Notes: generated by a model not told the origin, from the sequence alone. Positions 47,439 through 58,053 are shown, counted from the first letter of the stretch. The stretch is DNA of 61,225 nt from an uncultured virus (IMG/VR IMGVR_UViG_3300021958_009066) (IMGVR_UViG_3300021958_009066), one strand, 5' to 3'. Numbers and translations: made by a program.

Positions 47439-48251
47439 GTGAGTAAACAAGTTGCAATCATAATACTAACTAAGAATAACCCTAGGCTACTGGAAGCATG
47501 TCTGGAAAGTATAGCTAAGCGCACCATTACTACGAGTTACAAAGTTTATATATGCGATACAGGTAGTGATGAGCATGTTATGAGTATAAACATGACGAAC
47601 GCTAAAAAGTTATTTGATTCAAACACATGCAAGATGTTTGCTTTTGATGAATATAATTTCGGACAAAATAATAACGAAATGATTTTCAATCATATTCAAG
47701 AAGATTGGGTATTGTTATGTAATGATGATATAGAACTTGAAACAAACTGTATTGACCCAATGTATGAATGGGCTACGACACATGAACATGTTGGTAGTGT
47801 TGGATGTAAATTACTTTTCCCAGATGGTGTAATACAACACGCCGGTCAGATAGCATACAAAGACAGCACCGGTTTATTACAGTGCTCTCACCGCGGTTAT
47901 GGAGAATCATCAGACTATACATACTACGGGACCGAAAAAGTTGTTGGTAATACTGCTGCTCTTATGTTAACAAATAGAAATGTTTTTACAAGTCTCGGTG
48001 GTTTTGATGAAATGTTTCAAGAATGTTGGGAAGACATACATCTCAACATGAGATATATCCTAGAAGGTTATAATAACTGGTACCTAGACCATATATATGC
48101 CACCCATCGGGAAAGTTCCTCTCGTAAACAAGATTCACCAGCAATGTTGAAACTTAGAATAGATTATACATATAAACTCAAACCATGGTTTGACGGATTA
48201 GATCATCAAAAACAATCAACAATACTCAATTATGCTGGAAACTCAAACTGA
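47439..48251 (+). CDS. GT2 glycosyltransferase
   Basis: CDTGS, LCNDD, IQHAG, GGFDE, WED, HRESSSR. Confidence 0.9.
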   Translation: MSKQVAIIILTKNNPRLLEACLESIAKRTITTSYKVYICDTGSDEHVMSINMTNAKKLFDSNTCKMFAFDEYNFGQNNNEMIFNHIQEDWVLLCNDDIELETNCIDPMYEWATTHEHVGSVGCKLLFPDGVIQHAGQIAYKDSTGLLQCSHRGYGESSDYTYYGTEKVVGNTAALMLTNRNVFTSLGGFDEMFQECWEDIHLNMRYILEGYNNWYLDHIYATHRESSSRKQDSPAMLKLRIDYTYKLKPWFDGLDHQKQSTILNYAGNSN

Positions 48252-49272
48252 AATAAATGACGTATGTGTGTATATTTCTCACCATAATGAAGATGAGACA
48301 ATAGTTACGTTATATACATATGTAAACAATGAAAACACTAGTGTTGATGTTACAGTATACATACTATGTGAAACTAAAAACATAACAAGTGAATTTGAAC
48401 AAGCCTTAAATTCCATACACCCTGTAGTATTTGTAAACCGGGGTGCCGAATGTAAAAAATATCTATCACGACACAAAAGACATATCGACATCACTGGTAA
48501 AACATTTATAAATATTATTGCTGGTAGTACAAAAACAGAAGCAACAAGTACTGCAAAACTACCGGAACCGGAACAAAAAAAAATCGCGATAGTAGGTTAT
48601 ATATTTTATCCAGAATATTTTACCTCTATGTACAACCACGCAGCGAGATTAGCTAAGGAAAACAATACTGTAATAGACTTTTACTTCTACTTATGTGACA
48701 CTAACAGTAGTAAACATATGGCGAAAATTTTTATAGATCATACACATAATCATAAATGTAACAAACATGTGAATTTAATAGGTAGTTGGTGTAAAAACAA
48801 AGGTAGAGATGTAAGACCTTTTTTAAGTTTCATAACTAACGGTTATTATAAAAAATATGATTTAATATGTAAAATACATACTAAAAAAACAACATATTTA
48901 CACCCGGAGTGGAGAGATACCTATTTAGAAAGATTGCTTCACCCAAACGAATTCTCTAAACATATTGATAAATTAACCATCAACAAAGTTGGTATAACAA
49001 GTATAGATATGTTTAAAATTGAAGATGTACATAATGCATCTTCTTCAAATTATATATCCTTAGGAAAGTTATTTCAGTTTTTGAAACTACCATTGAAAGA
49101 ATTCCAAAAATTTAGTTTTATAGCAGGTACAATGTTTTGGTGTGATAAAAACTATTGTCGAAAGGTTGATGAAAAGATCGATGCACAACATCTAGAATGT
49201 TTTCCAAATGAACCAATAACTGACGACGGTACGTTAGCACATGCATGGGAAAGAGCGTTCTGGATGATATGA
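48232..49272 (+). CDS. Rhamnan synthesis F (RgpF)-like protein
   Basis: NKGRDVRPF, KIHTKK, FIAGTMFW, DGTLAHAWER. Confidence 0.85.
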   Translation: MLETQTEINDVCVYISHHNEDETIVTLYTYVNNENTSVDVTVYILCETKNITSEFEQALNSIHPVVFVNRGAECKKYLSRHKRHIDITGKTFINIIAGSTKTEATSTAKLPEPEQKKIAIVGYIFYPEYFTSMYNHAARLAKENNTVIDFYFYLCDTNSSKHMAKIFIDHTHNHKCNKHVNLIGSWCKNKGRDVRPFLSFITNGYYKKYDLICKIHTKKTTYLHPEWRDTYLERLLHPNEFSKHIDKLTINKVGITSIDMFKIEDVHNASSSNYISLGKLFQFLKLPLKEFQKFSFIAGTMFWCDKNYCRKVDEKIDAQHLECFPNEPITDDGTLAHAWERAFWMI

Positions 49273-49976
49273 ATGTGTTTGACAGGACATTTTATAAAAA
49301 AGCATATCATGATCTCAGGTTTACACCAGACAATATGTTAGAATGGCACTTCAAAGAAGTAGGTATTAAAGAAGGTAGAGTCGGTAGTCAACAAGATCTT
49401 GATTTATTTTTCAAAAAATTACCATATACATTTGAATATGATACATATAAACGCGAAAATCATGACGTCCCTAGTAATGATTTACATGCAGCTATACATT
49501 TTTACACATATGGTTACAAAGAAGGTAGAATTTATAACAACTCTCAAAAACCGAGTGTGGAGCATACACTCGGTAGTAACATCACACAACTGGTTAACAA
49601 TTCTGTAAATGTTACAGAACCATTTTTAACCCGTGATATACATGTTATATTTAAAGTTGTACCGGTATGTAATTTGAATAACTTCAGCCACACAATGGAC
49701 ACCTTACTACAGCAAAGCTTTGAAAATAAAACTATACACATATGCTTTAATGATATTGATAGACAAAAATATATATGTTCTTACAGCTCAGAAAATGTAT
49801 TGATTTACAACTTACAATCATATACTGACTTAGTACCCCGGGACAACAACTGTAGATATGTAAATCTTCGCGAAGGTGACTACTTCACGGAGCAGAATAC
49901 AATATCTAAACTTATTAGCTCACCTCTCAAAGAATTAATATCACAGAACTATAAAATATACTCTAGAGTTTTATAA
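49269..49976 (+). CDS. Protein with two FDxxxY...HF...GxKEGR repeats and degenerate GT-like tail
   Basis: Repeats visible; start moved to ATG 49269. Confidence 0.6.
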   Translation: MNVFDRTFYKKAYHDLRFTPDNMLEWHFKEVGIKEGRVGSQQDLDLFFKKLPYTFEYDTYKRENHDVPSNDLHAAIHFYTYGYKEGRIYNNSQKPSVEHTLGSNITQLVNNSVNVTEPFLTRDIHVIFKVVPVCNLNNFSHTMDTLLQQSFENKTIHICFNDIDRQKYICSYSSENVLIYNLQSYTDLVPRDNNCRYVNLREGDYFTEQNTISKLISSPLKELISQNYKIYSRVL

Positions 49977-50011
49977 TTAACGTTATAAGTATTTACACAC
50001 GTTATGTAACC

Positions 50012-51523
50012 ATGAAACTTTTTGATCATAAATTTTATTATGAAAACTACGTTGACTTGAAAGGATATTCAACAGACCCGGAATCTCTTATGCAGCATTA
50101 TTTACAACATGGTGTGAAAGAAAATAGATTACCTTCAAAGAACTTTTTTTATAAATTGTACCCTACCTTCGACTGGGAATATTATATTTCTAAAAAAAGA
50201 TTAAAAAATTATAATGAAGCTCAAGCTATATGTCATTACTATACTCATGGTAATGACGAATTATATATAAGACCTGTTGAAAAACCTGTTGAAAAAAAAT
50301 CAAATTCTAAAGAACATTTCATCGATTCTAATGAGATGGGAGATGGGTTTGACGCAGATTTTTACATGAAGACATATCCAGATGTAATTGAAGGTGGCTT
50401 CAACACCCCGGAACTGGCATATAAACATTGGAATCAACATGGTAAAAATGAAAATAGAAAATGTTACGATGATAGAGAAGTTGACCTATCGTTTTATATG
50501 GATTATTACAATGACGTACCGCAGAGCTATGCAGACGCTAAAAAACATTGGTATCAATTGGGTAAACGTCTCAACAGAGCTCGAGTTATTGAATCTGCAC
50601 AAGAAGTTATTAATCTACAACTATCTATTGATTATAGAATAGATGAAATTAACTCTCTAAGAGATAGACTAGATAATCTAAACTCTCTCGGTTCAGATTA
50701 CCAGACTATTCGTTCAATTAAAGTAGAGATGGAGGACCATCGAAAAGCTTTGCAAAAAGAAATACTAGATATACAAAATTTTTATAAAATTTACCACCGT
50801 GTAAATGATACAACCACATCTTCAACAACTAACATAATATATACATGTATAACTCAAAATTATGATAACGCAATACCACCTCGATACATAACACCTGGTT
50901 GGAGGTATATTTTATTTTCAGACGTGTATATTGAAGCTCCAAACGGGTGGGAAGTGATATATATTGATAACCCTGATAACCTGGAACCAACCAAATTAGC
51001 TAGAAGAGTAAAAACAAGATACTGGGAGTATTTACCACAACATGATAAAAATATTTGGATTGATTCAAATGTAATTATACGTAAAGATTTAAATCAATTT
51101 TGTAATGATGTTACCGATGATGTTCATTCATGCTGGACTGTAAAACATCCAGACAGGCGATGTACATATGAAGAAGCGGTTGCAATATTAGAACTGGGGA
51201 AAGACAGAAAAGAAATTGTTGACATGCAAATCAATTCATATAAACAACAAGGGTTCCCTGCTATGCGAGGTGATCTATTTGAAACAAATTGTATTATACG
51301 TAATGATACACCGGAGGTTCGGTTAGCAATGCGGCACTGGTTCAACGAGATAAAAAACCATAGTCGTAGAGACCAATTAAGTATCAAGTATATACTATGG
51401 AAACATGATCTAGAACATCTATTCAAACTATTTCCCACCACAATCAGAGATAGATATGTTTTATGGTCAGGCGGTCATGGTAGAGACCGTGGTAAAAGGA
51501 AACCGGGAAATCACATTTTATGA
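50012..51523 (+). CDS. Repeat-containing DUF616-like glycosyltransferase
   Basis: Four N-terminal repeats; IYTCITQNYD, WIDSN, HPDRRCTYEEA, SRRDQLS. Confidence 0.82.
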   Translation: MKLFDHKFYYENYVDLKGYSTDPESLMQHYLQHGVKENRLPSKNFFYKLYPTFDWEYYISKKRLKNYNEAQAICHYYTHGNDELYIRPVEKPVEKKSNSKEHFIDSNEMGDGFDADFYMKTYPDVIEGGFNTPELAYKHWNQHGKNENRKCYDDREVDLSFYMDYYNDVPQSYADAKKHWYQLGKRLNRARVIESAQEVINLQLSIDYRIDEINSLRDRLDNLNSLGSDYQTIRSIKVEMEDHRKALQKEILDIQNFYKIYHRVNDTTTSSTTNIIYTCITQNYDNAIPPRYITPGWRYILFSDVYIEAPNGWEVIYIDNPDNLEPTKLARRVKTRYWEYLPQHDKNIWIDSNVIIRKDLNQFCNDVTDDVHSCWTVKHPDRRCTYEEAVAILELGKDRKEIVDMQINSYKQQGFPAMRGDLFETNCIIRNDTPEVRLAMRHWFNEIKNHSRRDQLSIKYILWKHDLEHLFKLFPTTIRDRYVLWSGGHGRDRGKRKPGNHIL

Positions 51524-52173
51524 TATACGTTAACGTACCATTTTCACCTAAAGACACAGGTAAAGACCTAGGATATGCTTATAATAAGTTTTGCGAATCT
51601 TTACCCAACAATAATGACTGGGCATGTTTTTTAGATCATGACGCTATGTTCACGACATCGACATGGTATCACCAACTTGAGGATATAATAGATAAACATA
51701 ATAATCATGGTGTGTTCGGTGCCCGAACTAATCGTATCAATAGTACATATCAATTAGTAGGTAATATTGACATATATAACCATGATATTATGTACCATAG
51801 AGAAATTGGTAAACATTTACAAAAGAAATACTATTCTGATACTTTGAGAATTACAGATGATACGGCCCAGCGCGGCTTTAGCGGTATCGTTATTTTGATA
51901 AAAAAATCAACATGGGAAAAGATTGGTGGTTTTATATCAGGGTTCAATGATGTTGATAATAATTTACGTTACAGTTTAGAGAAGCATAATATACCCATGT
52001 ATATTATGAACGGAGTATATGCATATCACTGGTACAAAGCTGATCAACCGTATGATAGGTGTTATGACAAATTCAAAACAATTGACAATAACTATAAATT
52101 AAACAACATGCAGAATTTTGATATACAGAACGTTTTCCTATACAACGGTACTGCAGAAGAATTACCCATTTGA
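51520..52173 (+). CDS. GT-A glycosyltransferase-like protein
   Basis: LGYAYN, FLDHDAMF, WEKIGGF, DVDN. Confidence 0.75.
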   Translation: MIYVNVPFSPKDTGKDLGYAYNKFCESLPNNNDWACFLDHDAMFTTSTWYHQLEDIIDKHNNHGVFGARTNRINSTYQLVGNIDIYNHDIMYHREIGKHLQKKYYSDTLRITDDTAQRGFSGIVILIKKSTWEKIGGFISGFNDVDNNLRYSLEKHNIPMYIMNGVYAYHWYKADQPYDRCYDKFKTIDNNYKLNNMQNFDIQNVFLYNGTAEELPI

Positions 52174-53111
52174 CCATGCACAGTATACTAATAACAGGAG
52201 GGCTTGGCTTCATCGGAAGCAACTTTATTAAACACATTTTTAATAAATATGACTACAACATATTCAATGTTGATGTTAAAACATATGCAGCAAACTACAA
52301 CAACATCAGCGAAGAAATCAATCAATCAGGCAGATACAGTTTATCAATTTGCGATATAAATGACACACATCGACTTCGCAATTTAATACAAAAAAATAAT
52401 ATAAATTATATTGTTAATTTTGCAGCCGAAAGTCATGTTGATAATAGTATAAATGATTCGACTCCTTTTATAAAAACTAATATAAATGGAACACATTCGT
52501 TATTAAGCTTACTTCATGATTGCCCAAGTGTTGAGAGGTATCTTCAAGTGTCCACAGACGAGGTATATGGCAGTTTAACCGAAGAAGATGATGCTTTTAC
52601 CGAAAACACTCCATTGCAAGCAAATAGCCCGTATTCTGCGAGCAAGGCTAGTGCAGATTTATTATGTCGTAGTTTTTATGAGACCTTCAATTACCCCATC
52701 TTAATTACTCGCTGTTCTAATAACTACGGACCAAATCAACATGAAGAAAAATTAATTCCTTTGATGATTAAAAATGCCAAGGCAGGCAAAAAACTTCCGG
52801 TTTATGGCGATGGTAGAAATATTCGTGACTGGATTCATGTTTCAGATCATTGCTCTGGCATCGATGCGGTATTGCATGGCGGAAAAATTGGTGAAGTTTA
52901 TAATATTGGTGGTGAGAATGAAGTACGTAACATTGATATTGTTAAAACAATTCTAAAATTATTAGATAAAGATGAAGATCAAATAGAGTTCGTAAAAGAT
53001 AGATTAGGTCACGACTGGCGTTATGCGATTGATAATAACAAAATTCAAAATGAGTTAAACTGGTCACCGAGTATAGATTTCGAGACTGGTTTAAAAGAAC
53101 TATTGAACTAA
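52170..53111 (+). CDS. rmlB: dTDP-glucose 4,6-dehydratase
   Basis: GGLGFIGS, AAESHVDNS, STDEVYG, YSASK, NNYGP, DRLGHDWRY. Confidence 0.96.
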   Translation: MTMHSILITGGLGFIGSNFIKHIFNKYDYNIFNVDVKTYAANYNNISEEINQSGRYSLSICDINDTHRLRNLIQKNNINYIVNFAAESHVDNSINDSTPFIKTNINGTHSLLSLLHDCPSVERYLQVSTDEVYGSLTEEDDAFTENTPLQANSPYSASKASADLLCRSFYETFNYPILITRCSNNYGPNQHEEKLIPLMIKNAKAGKKLPVYGDGRNIRDWIHVSDHCSGIDAVLHGGKIGEVYNIGGENEVRNIDIVKTILKLLDKDEDQIEFVKDRLGHDWRYAIDNNKIQNELNWSPSIDFETGLKELLN

Positions 53112-53136
53112 AGTAACTCGAGATATATATAAATAT

Positions 53137-53586
53137 ATGAGTAAAGAAATAGTAGGATTTACAGCAGGAAACTTTGATTTATTACATCCAGGGTATATTT
53201 ATACTTTCGAGGAAGCGAAACGACATTGTGATCGTTTTTTAGTTTTCTTGCAACGAGATCCAAGTGCTACACGATTCACAAAATATAAACCTGTTATACC
53301 TTACTATGAAAGATATAAAACCCTCATGGCCATAAAATATATCGACGAAGTATATATGTATCAAACCGAAGAAGAGCTGGTTGATTTAATCAAATTTTGG
53401 AAACCCGATATTCGTATACTTGGAGAAGATTACATTGGAAAACCTTTCACGGGGGATGACTTACCACCTCGGGTGATATATACTACTCGATCACATGAGT
53501 GGAGTACTACAAGAATTAAAGATCTAATAACACAACAGACTATCAAACAAAATCCAGATATTTTAAATGAACCCGCGAGTGAATAG
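53137..53586 (+). CDS. TagD-like cytidylyltransferase
   Basis: GNFDLLHPGY, RSHEWSTT. Confidence 0.85.
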   Translation: MSKEIVGFTAGNFDLLHPGYIYTFEEAKRHCDRFLVFLQRDPSATRFTKYKPVIPYYERYKTLMAIKYIDEVYMYQTEEELVDLIKFWKPDIRILGEDYIGKPFTGDDLPPRVIYTTRSHEWSTTRIKDLITQQTIKQNPDILNEPASE

Positions 53587-54301
53587 ACATCAGCTGGTAC
53601 AGAGGGTAGTACATGAAATTCGCAAAGAATTACAAAATATACAAGATACAAAAAACCCAGTATATACACCGGATGAAGAAAAAGTAATTGTTGATAAAGA
53701 TCAACTACCCCAGGTTAATTCCCGAGTACAACAAGCGTTGCAAAGATGGAAAGAAAAACATGCAACTACAGGCGATGATTCTGACACTAAACTTTCACAT
53801 GATGATGGAGTTGTAATCAAATCTTTAGATCAACTCTCTAAAGACACAGTAATAATATGTGTAGGTGTTAAAGAGCGCGATGAACAGATACTACGTACTT
53901 TTGATAATGTTTATAATATTGTTGTAGATGGTAAAAACCCGACGGTGATGGGCAAAGGTAGTAATATTGTTGATGTATATCAGTCTCATTTATGTAGACA
54001 TGCAAAGGGTAAAATAACTGTATACACTGGTACATTATACAACAAATCTAAAACATGTATGAAGATTTGGAAACATGGAGATTTGAGAACATTTAAAATA
54101 ATTGACAGTAGTTATTACCAAGATATATATGATCCTCAGAACGGTAGAATACCTACCATCATAACATCAAGCTACAAATGGATATCTAAAATTCATTCAT
54201 CGACGAGTGATTCAATAGCGATATATAATATCAATCTTGAAGAGTTATCCGCCTGGGATCAAATGATCTTAAACACAAATAAAGTAACACTATGTACATA
54301 A
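53567..54301 (+). CDS. Hypothetical protein
   Basis: Operon tiling. Confidence 0.55.
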   Translation: MNPRVNRHQLVQRVVHEIRKELQNIQDTKNPVYTPDEEKVIVDKDQLPQVNSRVQQALQRWKEKHATTGDDSDTKLSHDDGVVIKSLDQLSKDTVIICVGVKERDEQILRTFDNVYNIVVDGKNPTVMGKGSNIVDVYQSHLCRHAKGKITVYTGTLYNKSKTCMKIWKHGDLRTFKIIDSSYYQDIYDPQNGRIPTIITSSYKWISKIHSSTSDSIAIYNINLEELSAWDQMILNTNKVTLCT

Positions 54302-55104
54302 GATTTTTTACATATATAAAAAATGAAATAAAGCTAATAGAGCAGTGGCTCAAACACCATGCTTCAATATCTGAATGGTACATGCTACACGTTGTCGATA
54401 ACGGCTCGACTGATGGTACTCTAGAGCTATTAGAATATTATAAAAAAAATAAAGGTATAAATTTGTATCATCATGATGACTACACAAAGAAAGGTGAGTT
54501 TTTAAGTTCTTTAATGGTTAAATATAAATCACAACAAAGCATCCTGATACCTATAGATGGAGATGAATTTGTGGTGTTGTTTCAGAACAATAACATAAAC
54601 CAACAACCGGAAAAAATTAAAAATTATTTACTAGAAATACCTTTAGCTGGCAGAGGTATGCTTAAAACATTAGGCACTTTGTTCTGTATACCGGAAAAAA
54701 TTGAATGTGATGACCCGTTTAATGATATTGACAAATGGGAGTGGAAGTGGAACACCGATAAAATGAGAAAAAAGTTTTACATATCTAATACATTCAAGAG
54801 TACTGATCATGGTAATCATAATGGTATAGCTACTAATAAAAACATGAGTCAAACTGAAATAACATTATTACATTATCATAACATAGGTTATAATGATTAC
54901 AAATTTAGATGTGAGCAAGATATTGAAGGTCTCGGAATACGTTTGAATGTAATAAAAGAACAGTTAGCAGCTCCAGGTGAGACACGAGGTGCTAATGGAT
55001 ATTTTGCTGGTAAAGAAAAGGTAAATTCATATCTAAATATAAACAACTGGAAATACGAGCCTGTTGATAAATGCGATGTACATTATAAATGGGTGAAACT
55101 TTAA
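54292..55104 (+). CDS. GT2-like glycosyltransferase
   Basis: KNE...QWLKHH, VDNGSTDGT, IDGDEF, LLHY. Confidence 0.85.
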   Translation: MYIRFFTYIKNEIKLIEQWLKHHASISEWYMLHVVDNGSTDGTLELLEYYKKNKGINLYHHDDYTKKGEFLSSLMVKYKSQQSILIPIDGDEFVVLFQNNNINQQPEKIKNYLLEIPLAGRGMLKTLGTLFCIPEKIECDDPFNDIDKWEWKWNTDKMRKKFYISNTFKSTDHGNHNGIATNKNMSQTEITLLHYHNIGYNDYKFRCEQDIEGLGIRLNVIKEQLAAPGETRGANGYFAGKEKVNSYLNINNWKYEPVDKCDVHYKWVKL

Positions 55105-55105
55105 A

Positions 55106-55831
55106 ATGAAAAACACGAATGAGATATACTATAACAAAAATAAATGCTTGATTGCCGGTGAGGTGCTGATTGACTGGTCAGCTAAAGCCGGGTGTACTAC
55201 TGTAGTACAGATGGTATTTAAAAAACTAGGAATCTTAAAAATGGCTCTAGACTATCACCCCACAGGATGGGTTCATGACTTCCGGGATGAAAGATATTAT
55301 AATATGTATAAACATAAAGATGATTCTTTATATTTTAAAGACCCTAATATAAAAAAAATAAAGTTTGTTCGTAACCCTTACAATAGGGCAGTCAGTTCAT
55401 ATATACACTTGAATAGAACTAAATTAAGAGATTTAGTCCCGGAAAAAAATTTAACGTTTGAAGAATTTCTAACGTTAATGAAACATAAACGAATAGTAGA
55501 TAACCCGCACTGGGGGTATCAATGTCGACAAGGGGAAATCAATTCATATAACAATGGTAAGAGCTTTTATGATAGGGTGGTAAAAATAGAACAATTTCCA
55601 GAAGTTCTTGATAGTTTATCCGATATTATCAAACTAGAACCTGTAAAATATGATACACACCATGTTGTATATGAGACTGAACAAACCGGGTATGCAGGTA
55701 ATGTGAACTGGGATAAAATCAGAAATAATCTCCCATCCCCCGGTGCTTTTTATAATGAATATACTATAGACCTTGTGAAAGAGGTTTACAAATATGATTT
55801 AATGTTATACAAATATGAACACGTAGACTGA
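55106..55831 (+). CDS. Carbohydrate sulfotransferase
   Basis: AKAGCTT (5'-PSB), FVRNPYNRAVSSY (3'-PB), YKYD. Confidence 0.88.
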   Translation: MKNTNEIYYNKNKCLIAGEVLIDWSAKAGCTTVVQMVFKKLGILKMALDYHPTGWVHDFRDERYYNMYKHKDDSLYFKDPNIKKIKFVRNPYNRAVSSYIHLNRTKLRDLVPEKNLTFEEFLTLMKHKRIVDNPHWGYQCRQGEINSYNNGKSFYDRVVKIEQFPEVLDSLSDIIKLEPVKYDTHHVVYETEQTGYAGNVNWDKIRNNLPSPGAFYNEYTIDLVKEVYKYDLMLYKYEHVD

Positions 55832-55851
55832 CACAAACTTCTAGATATAGC

Positions 55852-55880
55852 TTGAGTACTTCCGGTTTATATACTATAAT
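55852..55880 (+). promoter_or_regulatory. Sigma70-type promoter
   Basis: TTGAGT-N17-TATAAT-N6-ATG. Confidence 0.72.
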
Positions 55881-55886
55881 ATTGTT

Positions 55887-56480
55887 ATGATTTTAAAAGA
55901 TATATCAAACTACGATGGTGCGTTGTTACACCAACGATTCGCTTATAAACATTTTAGAAATAAAACATTACCTATAGGTAATATAATAGCATTTCGAAGC
56001 CCCATGTTGGTTGAAGCTGATGGGATGATAGATAGCGAAGACATCATCAAAAACGAGTTTATTTATAGTGATGACGCTATAAACTTTTTATGGGAAATAC
56101 CTTGTTTGAACGACCCGTTCGGTGCTGTCGCGTGGCAAAGGTTATTTAACACAAATTTAGCAAATATTTTAAGTAGTAATTATATACATGCCCCGATCGA
56201 GGTAGATGGTGATGATTTGATCGTACATAAAGAACATGAACAAAACGGTATCCAACAACCAAAAGGTAAATGTAGCGTGAGTATAACATATGTAAGAGAT
56301 GGGGTAAGTTTAGGTCATACAGGTATCAATATTACTGCCGGGGAGAAAGCTCCTGACCATGCGTTCTCAACAAACTTAAACAATAACCAGATTGATCGAT
56401 TCATGAAAGAGGTTATAGATATGTTTTACCAAATGAACGATGATATGTTTCTTGCTACTACTAAAACTATAGTCAAGTGA
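55887..56480 (+). CDS. DUF366-like protein (biotin/lipoate ligase-like fold)
   Basis: YDG, IAFR.P, MIDSED, QRLF, DGDDL, KCSVSI, HTGINI. Confidence 0.78.
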   Translation: MILKDISNYDGALLHQRFAYKHFRNKTLPIGNIIAFRSPMLVEADGMIDSEDIIKNEFIYSDDAINFLWEIPCLNDPFGAVAWQRLFNTNLANILSSNYIHAPIEVDGDDLIVHKEHEQNGIQQPKGKCSVSITYVRDGVSLGHTGINITAGEKAPDHAFSTNLNNNQIDRFMKEVIDMFYQMNDDMFLATTKTIVK

Positions 56481-56845
56481 ACATCTTCAACTACTTGTCA
56501 AACATTCTTTTTACTAAGAAAGACAAAGAGTTAAAAACATTAGACCAGCAGAGTGATTACCAACCGTTTTTAATAAACAGATGGTGCAGCATGCTGAACA
56601 AGCAAACATGCCGAGTTGTAAACACCACGACAAACACGATGTATCAAGTTTTCGAGAACAAAACAGATCATTATAAATTTTTGCATTATATAATCCCGCG
56701 CGAACGGTTCAAGCGTATCAATTATATTAAAAAAATAAAACCGGAAAAACAACAAGATGATGATATAAAATTGATTGCCAAAAACATGCAACTATCTACA
56801 AGGGAAATAAAACTATACAAACAACTTGACGATAACGGTAGTTGA
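56477..56845 (+). CDS. gp62: Clamp loader small subunit
   Basis: FNYLSNI, YQPFLINRWCSM, HYKFL, YIKK. Confidence 0.75.
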   Translation: MNIFNYLSNILFTKKDKELKTLDQQSDYQPFLINRWCSMLNKQTCRVVNTTTNTMYQVFENKTDHYKFLHYIIPRERFKRINYIKKIKPEKQQDDDIKLIAKNMQLSTREIKLYKQLDDNGS

Positions 56846-56877
56846 TATCACCAAAACTAAACCATAAATCATAATAC

Positions 56878-57312
56878 ATGAGCAAACAAAAAGCTAATAT
56901 AGATGTTATTGAACCGAGCAAAAGCTTGATTGATCTATCCAATTCACACGATGATTCTTTAGACTCAACATTACAGGGGTATGCTGTTGATGCGCTAGAA
57001 GATGATATTGTGTTAGTTGAGTTTGTTGATCGTTTTGAAACTGGTGAAGAGATTATACGTAACGGTATAGTTATACCCGCGAATGCTAATCCAAAGGCAT
57101 GGAGAGTGGGTAAAGTTGTTTTGCAAGGAGATAAAGCAACAAGTACAAATGTCGGTGATTTTGTGACATTCCCTAATAACATGGGTGTACCTGTTGGTAA
57201 TGTCATCGTCAAGTCTGGAAAAGAATTCATTACTGTTAAAAAGGGTCAATTTATAAACGCACAACGGATCTTTGGCAAGCTATACAAGCTCAAGCCAACA
57301 GATCCAGTATGA
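56878..57312 (+). CDS. GroES-like co-chaperonin
   Basis: LEDDIVLVE, GIVIP, GKVVLQG, VGDFVTF. Confidence 0.75.
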   Translation: MSKQKANIDVIEPSKSLIDLSNSHDDSLDSTLQGYAVDALEDDIVLVEFVDRFETGEEIIRNGIVIPANANPKAWRVGKVVLQGDKATSTNVGDFVTFPNNMGVPVGNVIVKSGKEFITVKKGQFINAQRIFGKLYKLKPTDPV

Positions 57313-57680
57313 CACCTGGACAGCTCAACAGTATGCTCCAGAATAATGTTCTGGATTTAAAATTTACTAGGCGTCGGCCTAGACCAGGAGTGCCCGCTAC
57401 CAGGCGTATGTTATGTACAATGGATGCAACTATACTAAATAGTACTAATGGTAGAACTGTCTTAAACTACTTACCACCTTCTAACACAACCCCGTTTAAT
57501 TTAAGTCAAAACAATTTATGTTTAGTGTGGGATATATTAATGCAAGATTTTAGAATGGTTCCTCCCGAATCAGTAAATGTTTTAACTCGTTATCCTGGAG
57601 ACGATAACTTCTGGGAAACATTCAACGATACATTTGCTAGAATGTCCGCGGATGATAAAGTTTCTTTTATGAATTCATAG
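57309..57680 (+). CDS. SH3/WYL-like small protein
   Basis: LKFTRR...RRMLCT...VWDILMQDFR. Confidence 0.55.
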   Translation: MTPGQLNSMLQNNVLDLKFTRRRPRPGVPATRRMLCTMDATILNSTNGRTVLNYLPPSNTTPFNLSQNNLCLVWDILMQDFRMVPPESVNVLTRYPGDDNFWETFNDTFARMSADDKVSFMNS

Positions 57681-57687
57681 TACTGTT

Positions 57688-58053
57688 ATGTTAGTCGCTG
57701 AAAAAATAGAAAGTGTATTCATACCAATGTTACAGCATAATATTAAAATTATGTTTAATGGGAAGCAAATCCGTTCCGGTAAATTATTACTCGTTACACA
57801 AAAATCCGCAAATATAAGTATTATACTTCAAGACGAAAAATCAAAAGCTAAATCATACGAATTACCTTACCCATTTGAGTATAATATACAAGAGTCAAAC
57901 AACTCGGACAAAAAAATAACTTTAAATTATACTATACCTGCTCTCAGTAACAATCGTTCAACAACTATTGAAAAATTGGACAAATATATTTCTAGCAAAA
58001 AAAAGAATCATCGGTTTTTAGGTGGTAGTGTTTATATAGTTAATATTGACTAA
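57688..58053 (+). CDS. Hypothetical protein
   Basis: Operon tiling. Confidence 0.55.
   Translation: MLVAEKIESVFIPMLQHNIKIMFNGKQIRSGKLLLVTQKSANISIILQDEKSKAKSYELPYPFEYNIQESNNSDKKITLNYTIPALSNNRSTTIEKLDKYISSKKKNHRFLGGSVYIVNID

Noticed and set aside
53128..53135. TATAAATA as promoter for the TagD-like gene
   Set aside because: Only 1 nt from the ATG, so transcription would start inside the gene; may be chance or serve a downstream start.
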